Assembly (NCBI GenBank): GCA_963710605.1
Contig: CAVQBA010000007.1
Location: forward strand, 256,001-320,000
Source: an uncultured cyanobacterium
Lineage (GTDB): Bacteria > Cyanobacteriota > Cyanobacteriia > Cyanobacteriales > Cyanobacteriaceae
Reading direction: 5' to 3'
Length of the DNA stretch: 64,000 nucleotides
Positions 1 through 10,018 of this stretch are shown here, one piece after another. The translations under genes and the position numbers were made by a program. The notes beneath the pieces are model-generated. The model ran no database searches, was not told the origin of the DNA, and was given only the letters and a program-made list of their open reading frames with translations. Numbering within the stretch: position 1 is the stretch's first letter; each line of letters starts with the position of its first letter.

Positions 1-930
1 TTCATTATCGATCGCTTTAATGGCTTTTTCCTTGGTATAACCGCAGTTACCCATCAACACACCATCAAAAAGATTTCTAAAATGGCTAAGAGTCATCGGC
101 TCACCTAATTCATGGAAACCAAAACCTAAGCCATCAATTACATGAAGATAACCTAAACCATGTTTACTTAATTGTTCAGCTACATAGGTAAAAGTTTCTT
201 TGTAATCAGGTGAGCCCATATCATTAAAATTACCATTAGGTGAAATACGTACACCAATACGATGAGCTGGAAAAATTTCTAACACAGCTTCTACTACTTC
301 ATCTAAGAAACGGTATCTATTTTCGATACTACCACCATATTTATCGTTACGCTGATTAGTTTTCGATTGCAAAAACTGATCAATTAAATAACCATTTGCC
401 GCATGAATTTCTACGCCATCAAATCCTGCTTCTAATGCTCGATCGGCTGCTTTTCGGTATTCTCGGATAATTGGTCTAATTTCATCTGTTTCTAATACTC
501 TAGGTGTTTCATAACTTTGTTTTCCTTCTGGTGTGTGGATATAGTCTCCATTAAGCTTAATGGCTGATGGTGCGACAGGTAATCCTAAATGAGGGTGAAA
601 ATCACTATGAGAAGCTCTTCCACAATGCCATAGTTGCATGAAAATGAGTGATTCTTGCTGATGAACTGCTTCAGTTACCTGTTGCCAAGCCTCCATTTGC
701 TCATCATTATAAATACCCGGACTATGTTCCCAGCCTATTCCTTGCTCAGAAATAACGGTTGCTTCGGTAATTAATAATCCTGCCGATGCCCTTTGTTGAT
801 AATATGTTGCCATAATTGGGTTGGCTATACGTTTTTCTCCTGCCCTAGATCGAGTTAAAGGAGCAAGAACGATTCTATTATCGAGTGTTAAATCACCTAT
901 GGTTACAGGTTGATGTAGAGAAGAAACCAT
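1..930 (-). CDS. Old-yellow-enzyme family alkene reductase (NemA/XenA-like), runs off the window edge
   Basis: Manual translation from ATG at 930: MVSSLHQPVTIGDLTLDNRIVLAPLTRSRAG...YYQQRASAGLLITEAT...QLWHCGR...GFDGVEIHAANGYLIDQF; not in the ORF track because it is truncated. Confidence 0.9.
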   Translation of the reverse strand, partial: MVSSLHQPVTIGDLTLDNRIVLAPLTRSRAGEKRIANPIMATYYQQRASAGLLITEATVISEQGIGWEHSPGIYNDEQMEAWQQVTEAVHQQESLIFMQLWHCGRASHSDFHPHLGLPVAPSAIKLNGDYIHTPEGKQSYETPRVLETDEIRPIIREYRKAADRALEAGFDGVEIHAANGYLIDQFLQSKTNQRNDKYGGSIENRYRFLDEVVEAVLEIFPAHRIGVRISPNGNFNDMGSPDYKETFTYVAEQLSKHGLGYLHVIDGLGFGFHELGEPMTLSHFRNLFDGVLMGNCGYTKEKAIKAIDNE

Positions 931-1101
931 CTTATTCAATCTTAATTTACTGTTATTGATTTTAACATTGAAGCAAGGTATTGTATTGTTCGATTTGATG
1001 ATATTAAGAGCTGTAAGCTTTTAGCGTTTAACTCTTAGCTCTTAGCTCTTTACTTTTACATTCGGTGCCTGTTACCTCTTTTAACTATTCTTTGTTCACT
1101 G

Positions 1102-1492
1102 TCAAAGTTTTTGGCAATCTTCACATAAGCCATAAAATTCTAACGTGTGATAATATAATTTGAATTTTTCTTCTGCTAAAACATGATGATGACCATCAAC
1201 AATACAGGTTTTTTCTTCAATTAACTCTGATTTACCACAATCAATACAGTTTAAATGGTGGGTATGACGATCGATTCGATTGATATAAAGACTCTCCATT
1301 TTGGGTGATTCTTTCTTGGATAATACCCTGTAAATGTAAATTCTTTAACGTTCTATAAACTGTCGCTAATCCTATTTTTGATTTTTGTTGGCGTAATTGA
1401 AGATGTAAATCTTGGGCTGTAATTTCAGTATTTACTTCCTGCAATAAATTGAAAATTTTTTGCTGATTTTTAGTCAACCTTTCTCTCTTCAT
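1102..1492 (-). pseudogene. zur: Zinc uptake regulator Zur (Fur family), frameshifted near 1275-1280
   Basis: N-half has IGLATVYRTL helix; C-half has HHLNCxxC and YYHTLEFYGLCxxC, typical of cyanobacterial Zur; frames join if 1 or 4 nt are removed from TATCAATCGAATCGATCG. Confidence 0.85.
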
Positions 1493-1501
1493 TGATTGTA
1501 C

Positions 1502-2194
1502 TTAATATTCAATACTCTTTAATATTAATCGATCGTTGTAAGGGTTATAGAGAGTATAAGTTGCTTTATGAGCATATTTACCTACATTCCCGACACCAAT
1601 AATCTTTTTCTGTTTTACTTCTCTTGTATCACTAGATTGAGTATCTAAGGTGGTTATTGTTGAATTCAAACTAGCTTGTTGTAATTGATATTCGTATAAT
1701 AAAGACGATCGTCCTGAAAACAAATAATTTACATTCATCCTTTGTAACCGATCCAAAATCATCCAAGGAGAACTATCAGGAGTTAGAGCCTCACTGACAT
1801 TGACACTTGTACCATGAATTAAAAGACAATCAAACTCGACAAAACCAAAGTCTAAATTACGAATCCATTCTACCGTCGATCGAGGTACATAATCCCATAA
1901 TTCTTTAGTAGCTTCCATACCATATTCATTGATTAACTCTTCAGGATTAGCGACACTACCCAAACCATGTAAAATCAAACATTGTTCTTCCCACCAACCA
2001 CGACAGACATGGGTAGCCAGAGAATTACTAGGGTTACGAATAGCATCAATTACTTTTTCATTATCAGGAGACAAACCGATTACATCTCCTAAAATATAGA
2101 TCTCTTCCACCGCTACTTTTTGACGATGAATATCCTTTACAACAGCTTGATAAGCTGAGAAATTTCCTTCAATTCCGCTTAATATTGCCCACAT
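1502..2194 (-). CDS. Metallophosphoesterase-fold protein with degenerate metal motifs
   Basis: WAILSGIEGN, LGDVIG, CRGWWEE, IHG, GNVG: calcineurin-like motif spacing with non-canonical ligands. Confidence 0.8.
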   Translation of the reverse strand: MWAILSGIEGNFSAYQAVVKDIHRQKVAVEEIYILGDVIGLSPDNEKVIDAIRNPSNSLATHVCRGWWEEQCLILHGLGSVANPEELINEYGMEATKELWDYVPRSTVEWIRNLDFGFVEFDCLLIHGTSVNVSEALTPDSSPWMILDRLQRMNVNYLFSGRSSLLYEYQLQQASLNSTITTLDTQSSDTREVKQKKIIGVGNVGKYAHKATYTLYNPYNDRLILKSIEY

Positions 2195-2264
2195 TTTTTA
2201 GTTAAAAGTTAAAAGTTAAGAATTATAGATTAATACCAAATTCAAAAAATAAAAAGACAAATCA

Positions 2265-2298
2265 ATCCCCCTAAATCCCCCTTACCGAAGGGGGACTT
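2265..2298. repeat. Short dispersed GC-rich repeat (ATCCCCCTAAATCCCCCTT..AAGGGGGACTT); inverted copy at 6512-6544
   Basis: The two copies are near reverse complements; typical cyanobacterial intergenic repeat. Confidence 0.7.
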
Positions 2299-2421
2299 AC
2301 CAATACCAAGTAATATTTTCATAGTTCTGAAATTGTTATTAAAATCTATAATTAATTTTCCCCCAGAATTGGGGGTTAGGGGGCATAAAAATGTCCGCAC
2401 CTTAAATCCGTAGTGCTATAA

Positions 2422-3231
2422 TTATCGTTCACACACATGAGTGGCATCTTCAGCTTTTTCAGCATATTCAAAACCTTGGGCTAAACGCCAAGCAAATATT
2501 TTTGGTAAACCTCAATCGATAATATCTCGACAAGTAGTCTGATAATCGTATTCAACTTCTTTTAATAATACGGTATCGGCTTCGGTATCATAAATAATAT
2601 AGGTTGCATTAGGTCGTCCATGACGAGGTTCGCCAACTGAGCCTACATTAACAATACGTTTTAACGGACTATTAAAAGTATTACTTTCTTTTGATTCGGG
2701 AGTTACTACCTTAATTTGTAATTGCCCCGCATCGAGAGTACGGACATAAGGCATATGGGTATGTCCACAAAATAATATGTCTGCATCGACACTTAAAACC
2801 CTTTCTAAGGCGGCAAAAGCATCCATTTCGGCTAAAAGGTATTCGTGGTTACTTTGAGGGCTTCCATGAGCAAAACAAAGACGATCTTCTTTGAGATAAT
2901 GAGGTAAACTAGCTAAAAATTGGCGATTTTCAGCAGTAATTTGCTCATTTGTCCATTCATGAGCAACAACACCTCTTCTTTCGGCGAGAAGAGAAGGATA
3001 ACTACATTCACAGGAGTTTAAACCTTCAACGATATCTTCATCCCAACAACCTTGCACAGAAGGAATCTCTAATTCTCTAATTTTAGCTATTACCTCATTA
3101 GGATGAGGTCCATAACCGACTAAATCTCCTAGACTATAAATACGATCGCACTTATTTTCTTTAATATCTTTTAAAACTGCTTCTAAAGCAGGTAAATTAG
3201 CGTGAATACAAGATAAAACGGCAATTTTCAT
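2422..3231 (-). pseudogene. Metallophosphoesterase family protein with in-frame TGA at 2512-2514
   Basis: SCIHAN, LGDLVGYG, AHGSP, CGHTH, NVGSVG motifs; frame continues past the TGA as GLPKIFAWRLAQGFEYAEKAEDATHVCER* to TAA at 2422-2424. Confidence 0.8.
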
Positions 3232-3262
3232 TTAATTATTCTCCATAATTGATTATTGATTA

Positions 3263-4402
3263 TTAGTTAAAATTAAGGGCTGTATATTGCCCTCCTAAAC
3301 CTTCGACGATCGTTTTGGTGTTAGCAATTAGCATTTTTTGGTAAGAATCTCCCGGCGTACCTTCTGCCCCTAAACTATCTGTATATAACTCTCGTGGTGA
3401 TAATTGTACATTCGCTTCCCTAGCGACAGTTTCTAATACCTGAGAATTGACAGAAGCTTCTGCAAAGATAGTTGGTACTTGGCTTTCCCTTATTTCCTTC
3501 ACTAAACTTGCTACCGTCCCCGCACTAGGTGATTCTTCTGTACTAAAACTTGATAAGACACTATCAAAATCAAAATTATAAGCTTCAATATAATAACCAA
3601 AAGCGTCATGAGTGGTGATTATTTTCTTTTGATTGGCAGGAATAGTGGTTATTTGTTGCTGAATCCATTGGTCAATTTCCCCTAACTCTGATTGTATTGT
3701 TTGAGTTCGAGCTTGATATTCTTCCTCTAAATCTGGTTGTACTTGCGTTAGCCCTTCAGCGATAACTGCAACCATTTTACTTCCATTTTCGGGATTATGC
3801 CACACATGAGGATCGGGGACTTTTTCTTCGCTATGATTTTCTTTATCATGGTCGTGATCTTTTTTGTCATGGTCATGATCGTCGTGATCGTGATCGTGAT
3901 CGTGATCGTGATCGCTATGATTTTCTTTTTCACTGTGATTGTCATGACCACCATCGCTATGATGTTCTTCTTTATCGCCGTGATGACCGTGGTCGTGTTT
4001 TTCTCCTAAAAGAGGATCGGCAACAGCTAGTTCGTGGACAGCTATTTTCGGGTTACTATTAGTTGTGGCATCGATTAATTTAACCAAACTTGAATCAAAA
4101 TCATAACCACCGTATAATACTAAATCAGCAGACTCGATCGCTTGTCGATCTTCTGGAGTTGGCTGATAGACATGAGGATCGATTTCAGGTTTTAATAAAC
4201 ATTTTAAATCGACCGTATCTTGTGCTACTTGCTCGGTTAAATTGCATAAAATACTAGTAGTTGCAACTACTAAAGGTAAATTATCCGTTGATGATGTAGA
4301 AATTCCCTCTGGTTGTTCTTCGTTTACTTCGGCGTTACACCCCCAAACACTTAGGAGAATTGCCGCTATACCGATAGAATTTAATATTTTCACTATCTTC
4401 AT
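3263..4402 (-). CDS. znuA: Zinc ABC transporter substrate-binding lipoprotein with long His/Asp-rich loop
   Basis: Lipobox VWGC, DPHVY, (HD)n loop, DPHVW, THDAFGY. Confidence 0.92.
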   Translation of the reverse strand: MKIVKILNSIGIAAILLSVWGCNAEVNEEQPEGISTSSTDNLPLVVATTSILCNLTEQVAQDTVDLKCLLKPEIDPHVYQPTPEDRQAIESADLVLYGGYDFDSSLVKLIDATTNSNPKIAVHELAVADPLLGEKHDHGHHGDKEEHHSDGGHDNHSEKENHSDHDHDHDHDHDDHDHDKKDHDHDKENHSEEKVPDPHVWHNPENGSKMVAVIAEGLTQVQPDLEEEYQARTQTIQSELGEIDQWIQQQITTIPANQKKIITTHDAFGYYIEAYNFDFDSVLSSFSTEESPSAGTVASLVKEIRESQVPTIFAEASVNSQVLETVAREANVQLSPRELYTDSLGAEGTPGDSYQKMLIANTKTIVEGLGGQYTALNFN

Positions 4403-4405
4403 TTA

Positions 4406-4420
4406 CAATAATGATTATCA
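4406..4420. promoter_or_regulatory. Zur box between divergent znuA and znuC
   Basis: CAATAATGATTATCA versus cyanobacterial Zur consensus TGATAATNATTATCA (2 mismatches). Confidence 0.8.
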
Positions 4421-4437
4421 TTCTCAGTATATAACTT

Positions 4438-5171
4438 ATGTTAGAAGTTAAGCAATTATTTGTTAGTTATCGGGGATTAGTAGCAGTAGAAAATGTAAGT
4501 TTTTCTGTCAAGAAAGGAGAATTAGTCGGTATCATTGGTCCTAACGGGGCGGGAAAAAGTACTATTTTAAAGCTATTTTAGGTTTAATTTCGGTAGAGAC
4601 AGGAGTGATACAGTACCAATCCCAAAATATTACTAAACAATTAAAACAAGTTGCTTATATTCCTCAACGGACGCAAATAGATTGGGATTATCCGATTACT
4701 GTAGAAAAAGTGGTTATGATGGCAAGAATTAGGCATACGAAGTTATTTCGCTCTTATTCTCGTCAATCTCGATCGATCGTGCAACAAGCCCTAGAAAGAG
4801 TGGGAATGTGGGAATTAAGACATCGTGGCATCGGTGAGTTATCAGGAGGGCAACAACAAAGAATATTTTTAGCCCAAGCTTTAGCTCAAGAAGCACAATT
4901 ATTTTTGTTTGATGAGCCTTTTATTGGGGTGGATAAAAAAACAGAAGCGATGCTGTTTGATGTATTTGATGAACTAAAATCTCAAGGAAAAATTTTGATT
5001 GTGGTGGGACACGAACTTAAGGAAACTACCCGCAATTACGATCGATTTTTGTTAATTAATAAAACTGTAATTGCTGATGGTAGTGAAAAAGAAGTAATTA
5101 CCGCTAATAATATTCACAAAGCATACGGCGATAATGTAATTTTCTTTGAAAAAAAAGATGAAGAAAAATAA
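4438..5171 (+). pseudogene. znuC: Zinc ABC transporter ATP-binding protein, one base missing in the TTTTAAA run at 4565-4571
   Basis: ATG 4438 MLEVKQL...GPNGAGKST in one frame; AILGLI...YIPQR...LSGGQQQR...LFDEP in the frame of ORF 4605-5171. Confidence 0.85.
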
Positions 5172-5412
5172 TCCAAAACATCTAATTTTTTAACGCTGAC
5201 CAAGACGAAAATTAAGAATTTAACTCTTGCCTCTTGCGATCGAAGCCTCTTGCATGAATGCCTCTTTACTTATTACTTATTACTTCGTCTTTTGCCCATC
5301 TCTTGTTATTAAGTTTAAAAAGTTAAGATGATTCGCAAGAAATTGATTTATACTCATTTTAAATAAGAATGAAACAACTTTATTCGGTAATAGTTTAGTT
5401 AAAGTAACGACT

Positions 5413-5433
5413 GGTGGGCATTGCCCACCCTAC
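5413..5433. repeat. REP-like palindrome GGTGGGCATTGCCCACCCTAC; related copies at 29020-29040, 30117-30137, 47526-47546
   Basis: Hairpin followed by CTAC (GTAG on the other strand), intergenic near gene 3' ends. Confidence 0.8.
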
Positions 5434-5481
5434 AAAATTTATTTTATTATCGCAATCTTAATTAAAATTACTATAATTCTA

Positions 5482-6174
5482 TTATTTAAAATTTCTATTT
5501 CGTTTCTTAGCCCATAAAGTACCCAATCCAAAAAGAGTAGAACCCAATATTCCAATACCTGGTTCTGGCACTGGGGTTGCAGTTAAACGTTGTCCTAATT
5601 GTGTACCTGCATTGGGATCGTCCAAAACTTCAGCTCTTGTACGGGTAAAAAAGGCAATATCTAAATGATCCATCATCCCTCTAGTAAAACCGTTAGGTAA
5701 GTCAGGAAACTCATTACCCCAATCTGTTAAATGTACGTGGGGGCTAGGATTACTATCAGAAAATAAATCAGCCATCGGATTTGGTGCCGAAAAGAAATTC
5801 AGTCCTTCTCGTTTAACACCACCAATACTGATACCGTTAGGTTCACTTGAGGGGCCAGTTTGTAAAATTTCTCTCGCATTAGTATCGAAATTAAAGTTAA
5901 AATCAGAAGTAGTTAGATGATTATCAAGAAACTCTTTAAAAACATTACCATTAGGATCGATAAAGGCAATATCAAAGGAAGTTAGATCGTCTTTACGTAC
6001 AATTCCATCACCGTTAATATTATTTTCATCATAGCTAAAACGTCCTTCGAGTTGATAACCTAAAGTTTGTCCCGTCCAATTTAGATTAAAAGTAATTGCT
6101 TGTACCGAATTAGTAGTTACTAAACCTAAACTCATAAAAGTTACGGTAAATAAGCCTATATTTTTTCTATTCAT
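5482..6174 (-). CDS. PEP-CTERM sorting-domain surface protein
   Basis: Signal peptide ending VQA; C-terminal VPEP, hydrophobic helix and basic tail KKRNRNFK. Confidence 0.9.
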   Translation of the reverse strand: MNRKNIGLFTVTFMSLGLVTTNSVQAITFNLNWTGQTLGYQLEGRFSYDENNINGDGIVRKDDLTSFDIAFIDPNGNVFKEFLDNHLTTSDFNFNFDTNAREILQTGPSSEPNGISIGGVKREGLNFFSAPNPMADLFSDSNPSPHVHLTDWGNEFPDLPNGFTRGMMDHLDIAFFTRTRAEVLDDPNAGTQLGQRLTATPVPEPGIGILGSTLFGLGTLWAKKRNRNFK

Positions 6175-6668
6175 TAGTCATTTATCTGGAAAAGTTTGAT
6201 TCAATTTCGACTCTAATACTTTTAGCATTATTTTGGCATAATTTCCATAGACAATATGTCAAACATAACTCCAAACTTTCTATGATAAAGTTAACTTTTT
6301 AAGTAATGTTAAAATTCTTGACAAAAAAATATTTACAATACTTTAAGGGTATAGCTTTTTACTGTACTAATTTCTATTTTTAAGTTGAATACGATCGCTA
6401 AATATTATTCCCTAAATCTAACTATATTTAGATTTGAGCCTTAGATTACTTACCATGACATCTTCGCACTTATAGCGCTTCTCATACTAATGAGGTACGT
6501 TTATAATTTGCAAGTCCCCCTTTCAAAGGGGGATTTAGGGGGATAAATATGTGTTTTATAATACTAATAATTACTATATTTTAGTAATAGTATCTAAATT
6601 TTTAACAAACGCAATTTTTTTAAATTCAATCAAATACATTATTTTAATAACTTTAACTTTTTTTTTAA

Positions 6669-7553
6669 ATGTTCCAATTCCTAAACTTAATAACCGATCC
6701 TTTACAATTTGAATTTATGAGAAATTCTCTTTTAATTATTATATCTTTAGGAATTTTATGTGCAGTAACAGGTAGTTATTTGATTGTCCAAAAAATGGGT
6801 TTATTAGGGGATGTTATCGCCCAATCAGTTCTACCAGGATTAGCGATCGCTTTTTATTTAGGAATAGATATATTTTTCGGAGCATTTATTTCGGGGATGT
6901 TAAGTACTTTTATTATTGCTTGGATTAAAGAAGAATCAAAGATAAAAATTGATGTTGCTATGGCATTAGTCTGTTCTGGATTTTTAGCCTTAGGAATTAT
7001 GTTAATTAGTCTTTTAAAAAGTAAAATTGACCTTAACAGTTTTTTATTTGGTGATATTTTGGTAGTTACTAGTAGCGATGTTTGGAGGACATTGATAATT
7101 ACTTGTTCTGTCCTTTTATTTATTAAATTATTTTATAAAGAACTATTGTTTTATACCTTTAATCCATTGGGAGCAAAAGCGATCGGTTTACCTGTCAAAT
7201 GGCTTAATTTTATGCTTGTTTCTGCCATTACTTTAGCAATTATCGCTAGTATGGAGGCAGTGGGAGTTATATTAGTTGTCTCTTTGCTAACTGCCCCCAG
7301 TATCACAGCTTATTTGTTGGTGAAAGAATTATCACAAATGATGATTGTGGGTGCTATTTTTGGCAGTATAAGTGGTGTTGTTGGTATTTATTTAAGTTAC
7401 TATTTGAATGTACCTTCAGGATCTTCGATTGTCATTGTCGCAAGTATTTTATTTTTATTAGCATTATTATTTAGCCCAAGTCAGGGGATTTTAACCCGTC
7501 CTGAAATACTTTATAGAATCAAGCATCTTTTGAACAGGAAAATTAAAAATTAA
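6669..7553 (+). CDS. znuB: Zinc/metal ABC transporter permease
   Basis: ABC-3 motifs GSYLIVQKMGLLGD, FLFGDIL, VGVILV; multiple TM helices. Confidence 0.9.
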   Translation: MFQFLNLITDPLQFEFMRNSLLIIISLGILCAVTGSYLIVQKMGLLGDVIAQSVLPGLAIAFYLGIDIFFGAFISGMLSTFIIAWIKEESKIKIDVAMALVCSGFLALGIMLISLLKSKIDLNSFLFGDILVVTSSDVWRTLIITCSVLLFIKLFYKELLFYTFNPLGAKAIGLPVKWLNFMLVSAITLAIIASMEAVGVILVVSLLTAPSITAYLLVKELSQMMIVGAIFGSISGVVGIYLSYYLNVPSGSSIVIVASILFLLALLFSPSQGILTRPEILYRIKHLLNRKIKN

Positions 7554-7573
7554 TTATTTCTTTTATTATTAAT

Positions 7574-7601
7574 GTAGAGACAAGGCATGCCTTGTCTCTA
7601 C
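7574..7601. repeat. GTAG-type REP palindrome GTAGAGACAAGGCATGCCTTGTCTCTAC; second copy 27087-27110
   Basis: Perfect 28-bp palindrome starting GTAG. Confidence 0.8.
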
Positions 7602-7671
7602 GCATCCCTTATCTCTACGAAAATGCTAAAATTAAATTACCATAATATTTTTTTATAAATACTAAAAAATT

Positions 7672-8238
7672 ATGACCACAGTTTTAAATCTTGAGTCTAT
7701 TACCGTTTTAAATCGAGAAAAATTTTATCAACTTTGTGTCAGTAATCCAGAATTATCATTAGAAAGAAATCCTCAAGGAAAGTTAATTATTATGTCCCCT
7801 GTTGGTGGTACAAGTGGAGAAAAGGAAGCTAATTTAATCTTTAAAATTGCTCTTTGGAATGAACAAGAAAAATTAGGGAAAGTTTTTAGCTCATCAACTA
7901 TTTTTAGTTTACCAAAAGGGGGCGATCGTAGTCCAGATGTGGCTTGGGTATCTTTAGAAAAATGGGAAAATTTAACGGACAAACAAAAAGATGGATTCCC
8001 TCCAATATGTCCAGATTTTGTAATTGAATTAAGATCCAAAAGCGATCGACTTAAACCATTACAAGATAAAATGAGCGAATATTTAGACTCAGGGTTACGA
8101 CTAGGATGGTTAGTTAATCCACAGGGTAAAACTGTAGAAATATATCGTCCAAATCAAGCCGTAGAAGTGGTAAAAATGCCTGTTGACTTATCAGGAGAAA
8201 ATGTTTTACCAGATTTAACAATTAACCTCAATTATTAG
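7672..8238 (+). CDS. Uma2 family endonuclease
   Basis: RSPDVAWV, PDFVIELRS, GLRLGWLVNP. Confidence 0.92.
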   Translation: MTTVLNLESITVLNREKFYQLCVSNPELSLERNPQGKLIIMSPVGGTSGEKEANLIFKIALWNEQEKLGKVFSSSTIFSLPKGGDRSPDVAWVSLEKWENLTDKQKDGFPPICPDFVIELRSKSDRLKPLQDKMSEYLDSGLRLGWLVNPQGKTVEIYRPNQAVEVVKMPVDLSGENVLPDLTINLNY

Positions 8239-8347
8239 GTAATAGAAAGTACTTTTAATAAAACCTCCCTTGGGCATAAACTACAATGAATGTGCTTTTG
8301 GAGTAACGTTTACCTTTGCGAGTGTATGGTTATAGTTTTCAATAAAT

Positions 8348-9013
8348 ATGACAAATCAAATGTATAAAAAGCAAAACTTGTTAAAGTTAGCTCGGTTAAG
8401 ACAAGAAACAAGATATGACGGATATAATTGCATTTGTGACTATGAAGATGGGTTTTATGAATGTGATTATGTATCTCCCTATAGCAAATCAGCTCACAAT
8501 GTAAACGCTGATGTATTTATTATTTTACAAGATTGGTCTTCTGACGAAAGTCTCAAAAAAATGGATAAATGTCACGAAACTAATAAACTGGGTTATACAC
8601 CGAAAGTTAGGACAAATAAAAATCTTCAAGAACTACTAAAAGATTATCTTTCCATAGAATTAAATGATACTTACGCAACAAATCTTTTTCCGTTTATCAA
8701 AAAGGGATCGATGAGTGCAAATATTCCACAAAAAGATATGCAAAGAGCCGCAAAAGAATTTACTTTGCCAATGATAGAAATAATTCAACCAAAAATTACA
8801 ATAGCATTGGGAATGAAAACTTTTAATGCACTTAGAAAAGTCATAGGATTAAATAAAGTTTCTAATATGAACGATGCTGTAAAAAGTTCTTTTGATTATG
8901 ATGGCACTAGAGTATTTTTTCAAACACATCCATCTCAACAAGCTCAAAACACAAGAGGTAAAAGTCAAGTTAAACAAGATTGGCTAGAAATGAAAAAGTA
9001 TCTTAATGATTGA
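8348..9013 (+). CDS. Uracil-DNA glycosylase superfamily protein, probably horizontally acquired
   Basis: ILQDW motif A-like, YATNLFPF, IIQPKITIALG, QTHPS motif B-like; no CGATCG seen in the gene. Confidence 0.7.
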   Translation: MTNQMYKKQNLLKLARLRQETRYDGYNCICDYEDGFYECDYVSPYSKSAHNVNADVFIILQDWSSDESLKKMDKCHETNKLGYTPKVRTNKNLQELLKDYLSIELNDTYATNLFPFIKKGSMSANIPQKDMQRAAKEFTLPMIEIIQPKITIALGMKTFNALRKVIGLNKVSNMNDAVKSSFDYDGTRVFFQTHPSQQAQNTRGKSQVKQDWLEMKKYLND

Positions 9014-9056
9014 TTGTCAGCTTAATTAGTAAAATAGTTGTCAAAAATATAGTACA

Positions 9057-9830
9057 TTAGAATTGTTGACTCAAAGACTCCTTAACTTGTTGCTGATAAA
9101 ATTGGACAACATCATCAGATAAACAAAAATCGCTAATGGTATCGACGATCGCTTGTTTATCCAAATTAGTACCAATAATTTCTAAACCACTAAAATGAGT
9201 CGGTCTTCCATCTAAGGATAAAGGTATTTGTAAAGCTTGAAAATCTAAATTAACACCATCAGGTGAATAGTCTCGATAAATACATTGACCATCCATAATA
9301 TTAAATATACCTTTAACACGGATAACATCACCATAAGCACTGGCGACTAACTCTTGCCAAAAGGTTTCTAGACTGGCAAAATCTAATATTTCTTCCGTTA
9401 ATCCTGCTCGCTGAATTTGTAAATTAACGAAAGAATTTGATTTTATCTCGCTTGTTAATTCTTGGTTAACAATTACTTTGTCAGCTAAATTTTTCCATTT
9501 TTGACTGTCTTCTAATTGACTAACGATCGCTATTTTTTCACCATCTAAATTATCTAAAAAACTACAATTATTAATAATGTCAATATATTCAGGTATTTCT
9601 AGGTAAATATTACTTTTTTTAGTTTGATTAATTAATTCAGATAAATTTTCGCTATTGGCAATCGATAAATCGGGATAATAACCTTGTAATAAAGCACCAT
9701 CTAAAGGAAAAGTTTCTGTTTTCGGACTAACATAATAACTGTCGTTGTTACTTTGTTTTAAATCTTCTTTAATCCAATTAATAGATATCTGCAAGAAAAG
9801 ATATAGTTGTTTTAAATAAAAATGAGACAC
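9057..9830 (-). pseudogene. COG0523/CobW-like protein lacking the N-terminal P-loop
   Basis: CobW_C-like AYGDVIRVKGIF; no GxxGxGKT in the N-terminus; directly downstream of the intact COG0523 gene. Confidence 0.6.
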
Positions 9831-10018
9831 GAGTGCTATATCAGAATTTAAGTTTAATTTATTAAACGGATTCTATTAGCCTTGCACGATAGTTCAAGGC
9901 GGGTTTAATACTTTAGTTTTAAGATTATTATTGCTGTCTCAATTCTTTTTTTTAATGACTATAATTGTACTTGCTCCTACTCAGGGCTTTAGCTCTTAAC
10001 TGATTATCGGTATATTTT

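Noticed and set aside
2512-2514. Selenocysteine or programmed readthrough at the in-frame TGA
   Set aside because: The position is not a catalytic Cys site, I see no convincing SECIS hairpin, and a CGA-to-TGA change explains it more simply
3748-4009. ORFs with ITITIT / VIVIVI repeats
   Set aside because: Alternative-frame shadows of the (His-Asp)n hexamer repeat in znuA
8270-8340. attC-like look upstream of the UDG-family gene (GCATAAAC...GGTTATAG)
   Set aside because: Inverse core is not RYYYAAC, inner pairing is poor, and there is no integrase or repeated site in the window
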